A stretch of DNA of 54,181 nucleotides from Acetobacteraceae bacterium (GCA_027483995.1 JAIXTK010000116.1:1-54181), one strand, 5' to 3'; shown: positions 1 through 11,339, counted from the first letter of the stretch. Translations and numbers: made by a program. Notes: generated by a model from the letters alone, not told the origin.

Positions 1-1091
<1,091 letters not shown>

Positions 1092-1116
1092 GCCATAAGC
1101 TCATCGCGATGCAAAC

Positions 1117-1142
1117 GGGGGCGGGCCGCAAGGCCCGCCCCC
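1117..1142. terminator. GC-rich hairpin between convergent genes (putative bidirectional terminator)
   Basis: GGGGGCGGGCC-GCAA-GGCCCGCCCCC, a perfect 11-bp stem between the katG stop (1089-1091) and the permease stop (1153-1155). No clear U-tract. Confidence 0.6.
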
Positions 1143-1152
1143 GAATGCTGTA

Positions 1153-2037
1153 CTACCCCTTCACCCCACCGGCGGTGAGCCCTTCCACCACGAACTTGCG
1201 CAGCAGCATCACCAACAGCACGGAGGGCAGCAGCGCCACCAGACAGATCGCCATCAGCAGGTTGAACACCACGAACGTGTCACCCACCAGGCTGGCGATC
1301 ACCACCGGGAGTGTCATGAACTCCGCCCGGTTGTTCAGGATCAGCGGCACCAGCAGGTCGTTCCACGCCACGATGAACACGATCGCGCCGTAGCTCGCCA
1401 AAGCCGGCGTCGACAAGGGCAGGGTGATCCGCAGGAACGCCGAGAACCGCGTGCAGCCGTCGATCCGCGCTGCCTCGTCCAGTTCCTTCGGGATGGAGGC
1501 GAAATACGGCACCAGGATCAGGATGCCGTACGGCAGCAGGAACCCGGTCAAGGCAATGATCACGCCCCAGACCGAGTTCAGCATGCCCAGCTTGCGGAAC
1601 ACCACATACAGCGGGATCATCAGCACGATCACCGGCACGAAGCGCGCGAACACGTTCACGCTCAGCAGCCACGCCGCCCAGCGCAGGCGCAGCTTCACGA
1701 TGGTATAGGCCGACAGCGAGGCAAAGATCAGCGTCAGCACCGTCACCGATACGCTGATCACGGTCGAGTTCCACAACGCGTGGTAGATCTTCTTCACGTT
1801 GTCCGGCAGGTAGGTTGCCAGTTCGAACACCTGCCCGCGCTGCTCGCCCTGGCTGATGATCACGCGGAAATTGTCGAAGGTGATCGGCCCCGGGATCACC
1901 GCCCGCGTATCGCCCGCCAGGCTGCGCTCCGCCTGCAGCGAGCCGATCACCACCGCGATCAACGGCAGCAGGATGAAGCCGATCACCACCACATTCGCCA
2001 GGTGCAGCAGGGCCTTCTGCCAAAGGGGCTTGCGCAT
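1153..2037 (-). CDS. carbohydrate ABC transporter permease (MalG/UgpE-like)
   Basis: ORF 1153..2037. Multi-TM protein with an EAA-loop-like segment IPKELDEAARIDGCTRFSAFLRITLP. Confidence 0.85.
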   Translation of the reverse strand: MRKPLWQKALLHLANVVVIGFILLPLIAVVIGSLQAERSLAGDTRAVIPGPITFDNFRVIISQGEQRGQVFELATYLPDNVKKIYHALWNSTVISVSVTVLTLIFASLSAYTIVKLRLRWAAWLLSVNVFARFVPVIVLMIPLYVVFRKLGMLNSVWGVIIALTGFLLPYGILILVPYFASIPKELDEAARIDGCTRFSAFLRITLPLSTPALASYGAIVFIVAWNDLLVPLILNNRAEFMTLPVVIASLVGDTFVVFNLLMAICLVALLPSVLLVMLLRKFVVEGLTAGGVKG

Positions 2038-2041
2038 CGGC

Positions 2042-2986
2042 CTAGTCCACCCGCCGGTACAGCAGCTTGACGTAGAGCAGCGCGAGTGCGGCCACGATCA
2101 GCGCCAGAATGAAGGCCGAAGCAGCACCCCCGCCAATGTCGAACGGCGGCGCGAAGCCCTTCTTGTAGCTGTACCAACTCGCCACCCAGGTCGCATCGCC
2201 TGGCCCGCCCTGCGTTACCGCCAGGATCTCGTCGAACACGGCCACCGAAAACGAGGTGCGCAGCACCAGCAACACCACGATCACCGGCATCAGCATCGGC
2301 AGGGTGATGTGCACGAAACGGTGCCATCCCCCCGCACCATCCACCGACGCCGCCTCGTAGAGCTCCTTGCTGATCCCCTGCAACGCCGCATGCACCAGCA
2401 ACACGGCAAACGGCAGCGTGCGCCAGATATACGGCACCGTCACCGCCAGCAGCGCAGTATCGGCATCGCCGGCCCAGTTGATCGGCGTATCGATCAGCCC
2501 GGCCGAGAACAGCAGCCGGTTCAGGAAGCCCTGCTTGAAGTTGTACATGAACGACCAGATCAGGCCGTTCGCGATCGGCGGCACCGCATAGGGCAGCAGG
2601 ATCAGGAACCGGGTCACCCGGCTGGTCCAGATATCCTGCTGGCTGATCAGGATGGCGATCGCCACCGCCGCCGCCACCTCCACCACCACCGTGATGGCGG
2701 TGAACACGAGCGTGTTGCCAAGCGACAGCAGGAACAACGGGTCGGTCAGCACCCGTTCGTAGTTGTCCAGCCCCACGAAGGGAAACACGCCCGAGCGCAG
2801 TTGCGGCAAGGAGACGCGGTGCAGGGAGAGGTAGCCGGCGTAGTAGATCGGGTAGGCCAGCACCAGCGCCAGAACCAGCAGCGTGGGCACGTTCATCACG
2901 AAGCCGAGCAGCCCGGGCGACAACTCACGCCCGAACCGATGCGCGGGAGCACTGCCCCCGCGCACGTCCTTCACTGTGGAGCGCAT
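2042..2986 (-). CDS. carbohydrate ABC transporter permease (MalF/UgpA-like)
   Basis: ORF 2042..2986. Multi-TM protein with EAA loop SKELYEAASVDGAGGWHRFVHITLP. Only a 4-nt gap to the downstream permease. Confidence 0.85.
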   Translation of the reverse strand: MRSTVKDVRGGSAPAHRFGRELSPGLLGFVMNVPTLLVLALVLAYPIYYAGYLSLHRVSLPQLRSGVFPFVGLDNYERVLTDPLFLLSLGNTLVFTAITVVVEVAAAVAIAILISQQDIWTSRVTRFLILLPYAVPPIANGLIWSFMYNFKQGFLNRLLFSAGLIDTPINWAGDADTALLAVTVPYIWRTLPFAVLLVHAALQGISKELYEAASVDGAGGWHRFVHITLPMLMPVIVVLLVLRTSFSVAVFDEILAVTQGGPGDATWVASWYSYKKGFAPPFDIGGGAASAFILALIVAALALLYVKLLYRRVD

Positions 2987-2996
2987 GGCGGCCGGA

Positions 2997-4367
2997 TCAG
3001 CCGCGCTGCACCTGGCGGATCGCCGCGATCAGATTGTCGCAGCAGGCATCGGCGGTAATCTGCCCGGTCAGCGCCTTCGACACCTCGATGTTCAGGCGGT
3101 CGCTCCAGGCGAAGTGCCACGGCTTGGACATCGAATTCACGACCTCGCCGATATAGGTGGTCTTGTTCCAGATCTCGAGGATCTTCGGCACGTCGCCATA
3201 GGGCGCCCAGCCCTTGGTGATGGTGTCGCTGGCCATCACAGACTTGAAGCCGGAGCCCAGCATCGCGTCACGCGCCAGGTTGCCCGCCTGGAAATACTGC
3301 CCATCCTTGGTGCGACCACCGAGGTATTGCAGCAGCTTCCACGCCCATTCCTTGTTCCGGTTGGCCGTGGTGAGGAAATACAGATGCGCGGTGCCGATGG
3401 TGCGGCCGTCGCCCGGGCTGTCCATCACCTTGGTCTTGCCGGCGGTGGGCGACTGCGTCGGGTCGTTCGCGATCTGCAGCGTGTAGTGGTGGTTGGGGCC
3501 GCGATACAGATTGGTCCCGGCGCTGAACGCCTTGGCCGAGCCGCCGAACTGCTGCTTCAGCGATTCCGGATCCGACAGGCCCTCGGTAAAGGTCTGAACC
3601 CAGAACTTCAGCGTCTCGCGCGCGATCGAGCCGGCGCCCAGCTGGTGGTTGCCCTGCTTGTCGAAGAACACGCCGCCGCGGTTCCAGGTCATCTGGATCC
3701 AGGTGCCCGGCAGCTGCTCCAGCCCCACGCCGGCCACCCAGAACAGCGGGTATTCCGAAATCTTGTCGCGCTTGGCCTTGCGCGCCTGGTCCAGCAGCTC
3801 GTCATAGGTCTTGAACGGCTCGAACTTCGCCTTCTCCAGCAGCGGCTCGAAGTAGTTCCACACCCAGGTGGCGGAGAAATACGGCAGCCCCATCAGCTTG
3901 CCGTTCTGAATCGCCACCGTCTTCATCATGTCGGTCATGTCGGCCACGTACTCGGCCGCGCCGGGCAGCCCGTCCAGCGGCTCCACCAGGCCCTGCGAGA
4001 TGAAGTTCGGGAAGGTGTAGGGGGCAGACTGCGAAACATCGATCGTCTCGCCGCCCGCGTACATCGACAGCAGCTTGGCCGGATGATCGTTGAAGGAGGA
4101 GATGGTGGTGTCGATCGAAACGCCCCAGTCATCCTTGAACTTCGCACCGAGCTTCGAATAGATGTCGCCATAGGTCCAGACGACGAAGTTCAGCTTATCG
4201 ACCTTGCTCTTCGGCATGTCGGCCCAGGTCCTGCCCTGCGCCAGCGCGGAGGCGCCGCCCATCCCGGCCAGGCCCAGTCCGCCGGCCCCCTGCAACAGCC
4301 CACGCCGCCCAAGGCCCGCACCAAGCCGGGAAAATCCAGTCATATTGTCACCCTTTTCCGCTCGCAT
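2997..4367 (-). CDS. ABC transporter substrate-binding protein (family 1, sugar type)
   Basis: ORF 2997..4367. Tat-like signal GRRGLLQGAGG...ALAQ. First gene of the SBP-permease-permease set. The alternative ATG at 4343 has the better SD. Confidence 0.85.
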   Translation of the reverse strand: MRAEKGDNMTGFSRLGAGLGRRGLLQGAGGLGLAGMGGASALAQGRTWADMPKSKVDKLNFVVWTYGDIYSKLGAKFKDDWGVSIDTTISSFNDHPAKLLSMYAGGETIDVSQSAPYTFPNFISQGLVEPLDGLPGAAEYVADMTDMMKTVAIQNGKLMGLPYFSATWVWNYFEPLLEKAKFEPFKTYDELLDQARKAKRDKISEYPLFWVAGVGLEQLPGTWIQMTWNRGGVFFDKQGNHQLGAGSIARETLKFWVQTFTEGLSDPESLKQQFGGSAKAFSAGTNLYRGPNHHYTLQIANDPTQSPTAGKTKVMDSPGDGRTIGTAHLYFLTTANRNKEWAWKLLQYLGGRTKDGQYFQAGNLARDAMLGSGFKSVMASDTITKGWAPYGDVPKILEIWNKTTYIGEVVNSMSKPWHFAWSDRLNIEVSKALTGQITADACCDNLIAAIRQVQRG

Positions 4368-4466
4368 CGCTGGCGCCGTTGCACCGAAATTTTCTTCGTC
4401 GCAAAACGTCCATCGCGGATCGCCGTCATGTCAACGACGATTTGGTGACGGAATGCTATCGCATCG

Positions 4467-5768
4467 TCATTGGGCAGGCCCGAGCTGCCGCTCCATCTCG
4501 CGCCGAACCTGCACCGCCGGCCCATCCATCGCCGCCACGTCATCCCAGGTGAGCACGGCGCCCCGGGCCACGCCGCGCCGCAGCGCCACGCGATGCGCCA
4601 GGCCGATCGGCAATGCGCCGGCCCGAAGGCTGTCCACCGCCGGCATCGCGCGGCCCCACACGGTGTAGCCGCCCTCGCCATCCAGCATCTCGCCCTGGCG
4701 CAGATCCCGCTTGGCGACCGCCACCACATCGGCACGGAATTCGCGGGACTGCCCCGTCGGCTCGCCGCGCAAAGCCGCCGACAGCACGGAGACGGAAAGC
4801 TCCAGCCCGATCAGGTGATAGGGCTTGTACATCGCGGCATACCGGCCGGAGGCATCGGTCTTCAGGCCATACTGCGCGAAGCAGGCGGCGGCGTAGTCCG
4901 TCGGCGCTTCGAACACCACGTAGACGCCCCAGCGCAGGTCGCGAAACACCGGCCGCCCATCCCGCTCCAGGCAGGAGACCACTTCCGCGATCCCCGCGCG
5001 CTCCAGCGCCCCGCCCGCCGCGCGCGGCCGCAGCACATGCGGCAAATCGTCCACCCCGCAGGGCGGAAAGGCGAGGCCGGCACTGGGAACATCCAGCCCG
5101 CAGGCATTGGCGATCGCCGCCATCTCGATCGCGGACTTCGTGCCGTCCAGGAACGAATTGAACATCTGCGGGTTCATCCCCGCCGCCTTCGCCGCCTCCG
5201 GCGTCAGGCCGTAATGGCTCCAGACATCGTCCGGCGTGACCTCGTGATAGGCCGGCAGATACTTCGTGCCCTTGCCCGCCGCCACCACGCGGAACCCGCT
5301 CGCCCGCGCCCAATCCACCAGCTCCGCCACCAGCGCCGGCTGGTCGCCATAGGCCATGGAATAGACCACGCCCGCCGCCCGCGCCTCCGCCGCCAGCAGC
5401 GGCCCGGCCAGCACATCGGCCTCCACGTTCACCATCACGATGTGCTTCCCGGCCGCGATCGCCGCGCGGGCATGCGCGATCCCCGCTGCAGGGCTGCCGG
5501 TGGCCTCCACCACCACCTCCACCCCATCCATCCCGATCAGGGCCGCCCCACTGTCCACAAACCGTGTCGCCGCCACGCGCGCCTCGTCCCAGCCCACAGC
5601 GCGCACCGCCGCCCGGGCCCGGTCTGGATCGAGGTCGGCAATCGCCGCCACCTCCAGGTTCGCGATGTGGGGCACCTGGGCCAGAAACATGGAGCCGAAC
5701 TTGCCGGCGCCGATGAGGCCGACGCGCACCGGTGTCTCGCGGGCGGCGAGCAGGGCATGGAGATTCAA
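4467..5768 (-). CDS. NAD(P)-binding oxidoreductase, homoserine-dehydrogenase-like with C-terminal SAF-type domain
   Basis: ORF 4467..5768 (TTG start, AAGGAG SD 7 nt upstream). N-terminal Rossmann motif VGLIGAGKFG. Family assignment is by recalled similarity; substrate unknown. Confidence 0.7.
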   Translation of the reverse strand: MNLHALLAARETPVRVGLIGAGKFGSMFLAQVPHIANLEVAAIADLDPDRARAAVRAVGWDEARVAATRFVDSGAALIGMDGVEVVVEATGSPAAGIAHARAAIAAGKHIVMVNVEADVLAGPLLAAEARAAGVVYSMAYGDQPALVAELVDWARASGFRVVAAGKGTKYLPAYHEVTPDDVWSHYGLTPEAAKAAGMNPQMFNSFLDGTKSAIEMAAIANACGLDVPSAGLAFPPCGVDDLPHVLRPRAAGGALERAGIAEVVSCLERDGRPVFRDLRWGVYVVFEAPTDYAAACFAQYGLKTDASGRYAAMYKPYHLIGLELSVSVLSAALRGEPTGQSREFRADVVAVAKRDLRQGEMLDGEGGYTVWGRAMPAVDSLRAGALPIGLAHRVALRRGVARGAVLTWDDVAAMDGPAVQVRREMERQLGPAQ

Positions 5769-5781
5769 GTGGAGACTCCTT

Positions 5782-5915
5782 TAAGCAAGGCTCTTCTTTT
5801 TCTGAAGAAAAAGAAGCAAAAAGACTTCATTCGCTTGCACCCGCGCTGGGCACCTAGCGCGGGCGCAAGAGAATAAAAGTTTTTTGGTTCTTTTTTTCAA
5901 AAAAGAACATTCTTA
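5782..5915 (+). repeat. AT-rich nested-palindrome intergenic element, copy 1 (complete, MITE/REP-like)
   Basis: Layout: TTAAGCAAGG, then hairpin A CTTCTTTTTC-TGAA-GAAAAAGAAG (5793-5816), CAAAAAGACTT, GC-rich centre, AAGTTTTTTGG, hairpin B GTTCTTTTTT-TC-AAAAAAGAAC, ATTCTTA. It fills the gap between two co-directional minus-strand genes. Confidence 0.85.
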
Positions 5916-6716
5916 CGCTGCCTTGGCTTGCGCCTTCTGCGCATAAGCTAACAAAGCCCCGTCCTCGCACGGCTCGATCGGCGTGAAATCCCGGTGCGCG
6001 ATGTATTCCGCCCGGGTTGGCGTGCGGATGTAGTTGGAACACGCGTTCAGCGTCAGGTACACGATCTTGCGCGGATACGGCGTGATGTTGCCGGCCGAGC
6101 CGTGCACCAGGTTGCCGTGGAACATCAGCAGCCCGCCCGGCTTGCCCACGGGCGTCACGATCCCGCCCTCGGCGACCAGCTTCGTCACGGTCGCCTCGTC
6201 CAGCGTCCAGAGCGGGTAGGAGGTGGTGCTCTTGTCGTGCCCGGCGGCGAGCGTGCCGTGGGTGTGGCTGCGCGGCACCAGCATCAGCGGGCCGTTGATG
6301 TGCATCACCTCGTCCAGGAACACCGCGATATTCATGGCCCGTGGCTCCGGCATGCCGTCATCACGTGCCCAGGTGCCGTAATCCTGGTGCCACTGCCACA
6401 CGTCCCCGGTGAAGGCCGACTTCGCGTTGATCTTGAACTGGTGCATGTACAGCTTCTCGCCGAACACCTGCTCGATCGGGCTGATCATGCGCGGGTGGCG
6501 CCCCAGCAGCCCGAAGGCCTCGTTGTACTGGTGCGCGGCGAAGGCCGTGCGGGGCGCGCCCGATTTCTCGCGCCAGATCTCCGGCCGGTTCGCGGCGTAG
6601 ATCGCCTCTGCCTCGTCGCGCAGAACCGCCACCTCCTCCGGGGTGAACAGCTCCGGCAGGAACAGGTAGCCCTCGCGGTGGAATGCCTCGATCTGCTGGG
6701 CCGAAAGCTCCATCAC
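5913..6716 (-). CDS. PhyH-family Fe(II)/2-oxoglutarate dioxygenase, ectoine-hydroxylase-like
   Basis: ORF 5913..6716. WQWHQDYGTWARDDGMP resembles the EctD/PhyH His-x-Asp signature; distal His in FHGNLVHGS. Confidence 0.8.
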   Translation of the reverse strand: MMELSAQQIEAFHREGYLFLPELFTPEEVAVLRDEAEAIYAANRPEIWREKSGAPRTAFAAHQYNEAFGLLGRHPRMISPIEQVFGEKLYMHQFKINAKSAFTGDVWQWHQDYGTWARDDGMPEPRAMNIAVFLDEVMHINGPLMLVPRSHTHGTLAAGHDKSTTSYPLWTLDEATVTKLVAEGGIVTPVGKPGGLLMFHGNLVHGSAGNITPYPRKIVYLTLNACSNYIRTPTRAEYIAHRDFTPIEPCEDGALLAYAQKAQAKAA

Positions 6717-6795
6717 GCCCTCCCTTGGTGCGTTTCGTTTTGCCCCCTACCCTTGCGGTCCCCGCACGGCCGGGTCAAGCAGGAAGGAACATGCC

Positions 6796-7950
6796 ATGGC
6801 AGCGCGCACCCTCGGTGTCGGCATCCTCGGCTGCGGCAACATCTCCGGCATCTACCTTCGCAACATGAAGCTGTTTGCCGGGCTGGAACTGCGCGCCTGC
6901 GCCAGCCGCACCCTGGCCAGCGCCCAGCGCGCCGCCGAGCCGCTCGGCCTGCCCGCCGTCACGGTGGCAGAGCTTCTGGCCCGGGAGGATATCGACATCG
7001 TCGTGAACCTCACGCCGCCCAACGACCACGCCGCGCTGACCCAGGCCGCGCTGGAAGCCGGCAAGCACGTCTATTCCGAGAAACCCCTCACGGTTTCCGT
7101 GGCGGATGCACAGCGCCTGATCAGCCTGGCCGGGAGCAACGGCCTCGCGCTGGGCTGCGCGCCGGATACGTTCCTGGGCGGCGGCCACCAGCTCTGCCGG
7201 CAGATCATCGACTCCGGCCGCATCGGCCGCGTTCTCGGCGGCACCGCGATGGTGCTGTCGCACGGCATGGAGCACTGGCACCCGGACCCGGAATTCTTCT
7301 TCAAGCCCGGCGGTGGTCCGGTGCTGGATCTCGGCCCCTACTACCTCACCGCGCTGGTGAACCTGCTTGGCCCCGTCGCCCGCGTTCAGGCCCATGGGCA
7401 GATCGGCCTGGCCGAGCGACACGTCACCGCTCCGGGGCCTCGCCATGGCCAGCGCATCAAGGTGGAAACCCTCACCCACGTGACCGCCCTGCTGGATTTC
7501 GCCGCCGGCCCGCAACTGACCCTCATGGCCAGCTGGGATATCTGGAAGAACGGCCACCCGCCGATCGAGCTGTATGGGACCGAAGGCTCGCTGCGCGTGC
7601 CGGATCCCAACTGGTTCGGTGGCACCCCCGAAGTGTCGGACCGCGACGGCCCCTGGCAGGCGCAGGAGAGCCACGCCATGCCCTTTGGCGCCAACAACTA
7701 TCGCGGCGCGCACTGGCCCGCGGAACGGCCGGACCAGGCCAACTACCGCGCGCTGGGCATCGCCGACCTCGCCGCCTCCGTTCGGGCCGGCACCCCGCAC
7801 CGCAGTTCCGCCCATCTCGCCTTGCACGTGCTGGAGGTGATGGACGCCATCCTGCAGGCCTGCGCCACCGCAGCCCCCATCACCCTCGCCCCTACCCTTG
7901 GCCGCCCTGCGCCCCTCGGTGCAGCGGAAGCCGCCGCCCTGCTTGCCTGA
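6796..7950 (+). CDS. Gfo/Idh/MocA family oxidoreductase
   Basis: ORF 6796..7950. N-terminal GILGCGNISG Rossmann motif and the EKP motif (VYSEKPL). Confidence 0.85.
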   Translation: MAARTLGVGILGCGNISGIYLRNMKLFAGLELRACASRTLASAQRAAEPLGLPAVTVAELLAREDIDIVVNLTPPNDHAALTQAALEAGKHVYSEKPLTVSVADAQRLISLAGSNGLALGCAPDTFLGGGHQLCRQIIDSGRIGRVLGGTAMVLSHGMEHWHPDPEFFFKPGGGPVLDLGPYYLTALVNLLGPVARVQAHGQIGLAERHVTAPGPRHGQRIKVETLTHVTALLDFAAGPQLTLMASWDIWKNGHPPIELYGTEGSLRVPDPNWFGGTPEVSDRDGPWQAQESHAMPFGANNYRGAHWPAERPDQANYRALGIADLAASVRAGTPHRSSAHLALHVLEVMDAILQACATAAPITLAPTLGRPAPLGAAEAAALLA

Positions 7951-7999
7951 CCGCGCCCGCCGCCGCACAGTCGCCCCGCGAACCAACCAGGAAACGCCC

Positions 8000-8596
8000 A
8001 TGAAACTCGCCTTCTCTGCCGCCAGCCCCTATGTCCGCAAGGTCATGGCGGTTGCCATCGCCCGCGGTGTCGACAGCCGCATCGAAAAGGCCAAGATCGG
8101 CACCACCGACCCCGCGCTGTTGGTGATGAACCCGCTCTCCAAGGTGCCCTCCCTGGTCACCGATGACGGCATGGCGCTGTATGACAGCCCGGTGATCTGC
8201 GAATACGTGGACAGCCTCGGCACCGGCCCCGGCACCTTCCCGGCCCCTGGCCCGGCCCGCTGGAACGCCCTGCGCCTGGCTGCCCTGGGCGACGGCATCA
8301 TGGATGCCAGCCAGCCGCGCCGCCGCGAACTCGCCCTGCCGCAGGATGAAGGCCGCACCACCTGGATCGAGCAGCAGAAGGGCAAGGTTGTCCGCTCGCT
8401 GGACGCGCTGGAAGCCGAAGCCGACACGCTGGGCCACCTCGCCACCTACGGTGAGATCACCGTTGCCTGCGCGCTGGGCTACCTGGATTTCCGCTTCCCG
8501 CATGAGCCCTGGCGCCCTGGCCACCCCAAGCTGACCGCCTGGTACGAGAAGGTCGTCGCCCTGCCCCCGATGGCGCAGACGATGCCGGTGGGCTGA
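8000..8596 (+). CDS. glutathione S-transferase family protein
   Basis: Inside ORF 7898..8596. Start moved to ATG 8000 (MKLAFSAASPYVRKV...). Thioredoxin-like N-domain with KVPSL. Confidence 0.8.
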   Translation: MKLAFSAASPYVRKVMAVAIARGVDSRIEKAKIGTTDPALLVMNPLSKVPSLVTDDGMALYDSPVICEYVDSLGTGPGTFPAPGPARWNALRLAALGDGIMDASQPRRRELALPQDEGRTTWIEQQKGKVVRSLDALEAEADTLGHLATYGEITVACALGYLDFRFPHEPWRPGHPKLTAWYEKVVALPPMAQTMPVG

Positions 8597-8690
8597 AGAA
8601 CGACGTCATCCGTTTGCGCCGGGGTTCGCTCCGGCGCAAACGAATGAAGGTTTTTTGGTTCTTTTTTTCAAAAAAGAACGCGCTTGCTTA
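8594..8690 (+). repeat. AT-rich nested-palindrome element, copy 2 (left part truncated)
   Basis: TGAAGAA-CGACGTCAT remnant, central hairpin GTTTGCGCCGGGG..CTCCGGCGCAAAC (8612-8641), GAATGAAGGTTTTTTGG, hairpin B, GCGCTTGCTTA. Lies between convergent genes. Confidence 0.8.
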
Positions 8691-9965
8691 CTTCGGCCGC
8701 GCCAAGGCCGCCGCCCATTTATGCTTCCAGTAGATCATCTGCGCCGGCGCCCGCCCCAGGGGCCCGCCCGCGAAGGGCAGCCCGAAGCGGCGGAACATCT
8801 GCCAGCGCGTATCGCCTTCGGTGATGGCCGACGCCAGCAGGGTGCCGGCCATGGTGGTGATCCCCATCCCCAGCCCGCCGAACCCCGTCGCCACCCAGCG
8901 GCCGGCCCCGATCGCGCCGATCATCGGCATGCGATGGCGCAGGTACGGCATCATCCCGCCCCAGGCGACCTCGACCTTGACCTTGTCGAGGTCCGGGTAG
9001 AACCACGCCATGTCCCGCCGCAGGGATTCCGTGAGCCAGGCATGGCTGGGCTTGAACGCCGCCACGCGGCCGCCCCAGAGCAGGCGCCCATCCTCCAGCG
9101 GCCGGTAGTAGTTGGTGGCGAAGCTGCGGTCGGCCAGCGAGATCTTGGTGCCGATCACTCGCGCCAGGTTCTCGCCGAGCGGCTCCGTCACCATGGTGTA
9201 GGTCGGCACCGGAATGGTGGCCATCGCCACCTTCCAGTCCAGCAGCCCGACATAGCCGCCGCCGGCCATCACCACCTGGTCGCACACCACCCGCCCGCGC
9301 GGCGTGCGCACCACCTGCCGCCCGCCCTGGCGGGACAGGCCCGTGGCCGGGCTTTCCTCATGCAGCCGTGCCCCCAGCCGGGCGGCGGCGGCGGCCGTGC
9401 CGCGGGTGAATTTCAGCGGGTTGAGGCTGAGGGCGGCCCTGTCCAGGATGCCATCGGAATAGCGCGTGGTGGCCAGGGTTTCGCGCACGGTCTGCCGTGA
9501 CCACACGATCAGGTCGCGGCCGAAGTCGCGGGCCATGAAATCGGCATAGCGGGCCATTTCGCCGTCATCCTCGGCCATGGCGAAGATCAGCCGGCCATCG
9601 ACCATCTCCCCCACGTCGATGCCGTACTGGGCGATGCGCCGGCGGATCAGCAGCAGGGCCTGAAGCGTCAGGCCATAGAGGTCGCGCGCATCCGGCAGCC
9701 CCACCTGGGCCACCAGGTCTTCCACCCGCGTGGGGTAGCCGGGCACCACGAAGCCGCCATTGCGGCCGGAGGCGCCCCAGCCGACGCGCTTGCGTTCCAG
9801 CAGCACCACGCTGCGCCCGCGTTCGGCGAGATCGAGTGCGGTGGCCAGGCCGGCCATGCCGCCGCCGATCACGCACACCTCGGCCTGCACCTCCCCATCC
9901 AGCGCCGGGTAGCGCTGCGCGGTGTCCACGGTGCGGGCGTAGTGGCTGTCCTCGTACGCGGTCAC
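8688..9965 (-). CDS. FAD-dependent oxidoreductase (gamma-glutamylputrescine oxidase / DadA-like family)
   Basis: ORF 8688..9965. Dinucleotide-binding motif [20 protein letters not shown]. Confidence 0.85.
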   Translation of the reverse strand: MTAYEDSHYARTVDTAQRYPALDGEVQAEVCVIGGGMAGLATALDLAERGRSVVLLERKRVGWGASGRNGGFVVPGYPTRVEDLVAQVGLPDARDLYGLTLQALLLIRRRIAQYGIDVGEMVDGRLIFAMAEDDGEMARYADFMARDFGRDLIVWSRQTVRETLATTRYSDGILDRAALSLNPLKFTRGTAAAAARLGARLHEESPATGLSRQGGRQVVRTPRGRVVCDQVVMAGGGYVGLLDWKVAMATIPVPTYTMVTEPLGENLARVIGTKISLADRSFATNYYRPLEDGRLLWGGRVAAFKPSHAWLTESLRRDMAWFYPDLDKVKVEVAWGGMMPYLRHRMPMIGAIGAGRWVATGFGGLGMGITTMAGTLLASAITEGDTRWQMFRRFGLPFAGGPLGRAPAQMIYWKHKWAAALARPK

Positions 9966-11005
9966 GACGTCACCACACGCAGCGCCGCCGGGTCTGCCGA
10001 AACACGCACTGCCGCACCCTGTTCGAAGCGGCGGCCATCGCGGTTGCCCACCCGCACCCGCACCACAAGCCCGTCCGCCAAGGCCACATGGTAGGTCGAA
10101 TCGGCCCCGTCATACACCAGCTGCGCCACCGTTCCGGCCAGGCCGGGGCCATCCGGCGCCATCATTGCCCGCTCCGGCCGCAGCACCAGCGTTGCCGCCT
10201 CCGGCCCATCCTCCGCGGCTTCCAGCTCGCCGCCCGCCACGGCGAATCGGCGCGCGCCCACCCGCCGTGCCGGCAGCAGGTTCGCCTCGCCGACGAAATC
10301 GGCCACGAACCGGCTCGCCGGCCGTTCATACACCTCGGCCGGGGTGCCCACCTGTTCCACCTTGCCCGCCCGCATCACCGCGATCCGGTCCGACAGGCTC
10401 AGCGCCTCGTGCTGGTCGTGCGTGACGAACACGAAGGTGATGCCGGTTGCCGCCTGCAGCCGCTTCAGTTCCAGCCGCATCTCGTTGCGCAGCTTCAGGT
10501 CCAGCGCCGACAGCGGCTCGTCCAGCAGCAGCAACCGGGGCGAGGCCGCCAGCGCCCGGGCCAGCGCCACGCGCTGCTGCTGCCCGCCGGACAGCTGGTT
10601 GGGCTTGCGCCCGCCCAGGCCGGCAAGCCGCACCAGCGCCAGCATCTCCTCCACCCGCGCGGCAATCTCCGCGCGCGACCGCTTCTGCATCTGCAGTGCG
10701 AAGGCCACGTTTTCCGCCACGGTCATGTGCGGGAACACGGCATAGCTCTGGAACACCGTGTTGACCGGCCGTCGGTGCGGCGGCAGCCCGTCCAGCGCCA
10801 TCCCGCCCAGCGTGATCGTGCCGGATTCCTGCGGCTCGAACCCCGCGATCGCCCGCAGCAGCGTTGTCTTGCCGCAGCCGGAGGGGCCGAGCAGCGTGAA
10901 GAATGCGCCCGCGGCGATGTCGAGGGAGACGCCGTCCAGCGCCCGCACGGCGCCGCCGAAAGTCTTGCGCAGATCGCGGCAGGCCAGCGCTCCCGCCGCC
11001 GCCAC
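9962..11005 (-). CDS. ABC transporter ATP-binding protein, PotA/PotG-like
   Basis: ORF 9962..11005. Walker [10 protein letters not shown], signature [10 protein letters not shown], Walker [13 protein letters not shown]. 4-nt overlap with the downstream oxidoreductase. Confidence 0.9.
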   Translation of the reverse strand: MAAAGALACRDLRKTFGGAVRALDGVSLDIAAGAFFTLLGPSGCGKTTLLRAIAGFEPQESGTITLGGMALDGLPPHRRPVNTVFQSYAVFPHMTVAENVAFALQMQKRSRAEIAARVEEMLALVRLAGLGGRKPNQLSGGQQQRVALARALAASPRLLLLDEPLSALDLKLRNEMRLELKRLQAATGITFVFVTHDQHEALSLSDRIAVMRAGKVEQVGTPAEVYERPASRFVADFVGEANLLPARRVGARRFAVAGGELEAAEDGPEAATLVLRPERAMMAPDGPGLAGTVAQLVYDGADSTYHVALADGLVVRVRVGNRDGRRFEQGAAVRVSADPAALRVVTS

Positions 11006-11007
11006 CG

Positions 11008-11313
11008 TCAGTGCGTCCAGTTCTCCGCCCGGCCGGCGCGGAAATTGTCGCTATAGGCCTTGGGCTTGATCACCTGCGCCTTCGGCAGTTCCACCACATG
11101 CGCAATGCCCTCGCGCTGCGCATAGGCCACCGCGTCCTCGCGGCTCTGGAACACCAGCTTCACCTGGGCCTGGGTGTCGGCGCTGCCGATCCAGCCCATC
11201 AGTGGGTCCGCCCGGCGTGCCTCGGCCGGCTCGAACTCCAGCACCCAGTCATCGGTCTTCGCCTTGCCGGACTGCATGGCATTCTTGGGGATCTGGTAGA
11301 TGCGCGCCCGCAT
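11008..11313 (-). CDS. ETC complex I subunit conserved-region protein (NDUFS4-like)
   Basis: ORF 11008..11319 (GTG). ATG 11313 is preferred because GAGGAG lies 5 nt upstream. Sequence [29 protein letters not shown]... is typical of the alphaproteobacterial NDUFS4 homologue. Confidence 0.8.
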   Translation of the reverse strand: MRARIYQIPKNAMQSGKAKTDDWVLEFEPAEARRADPLMGWIGSADTQAQVKLVFQSREDAVAYAQREGIAHVVELPKAQVIKPKAYSDNFRAGRAENWTH

Positions 11314-11339
11314 GGCCACTCCTCGTCACAAACTCGATC

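Noticed and set aside
5994-8003. 669-aa plus-strand ORF spanning the PhyH-like, Gfo/Idh/MocA and GST loci.
   Set aside because: Its Arg/Pro/Gly/His-rich low-complexity translation is typical of out-of-frame or antisense reading of high-GC genes. It overlaps three better-supported genes that have clear family motifs.
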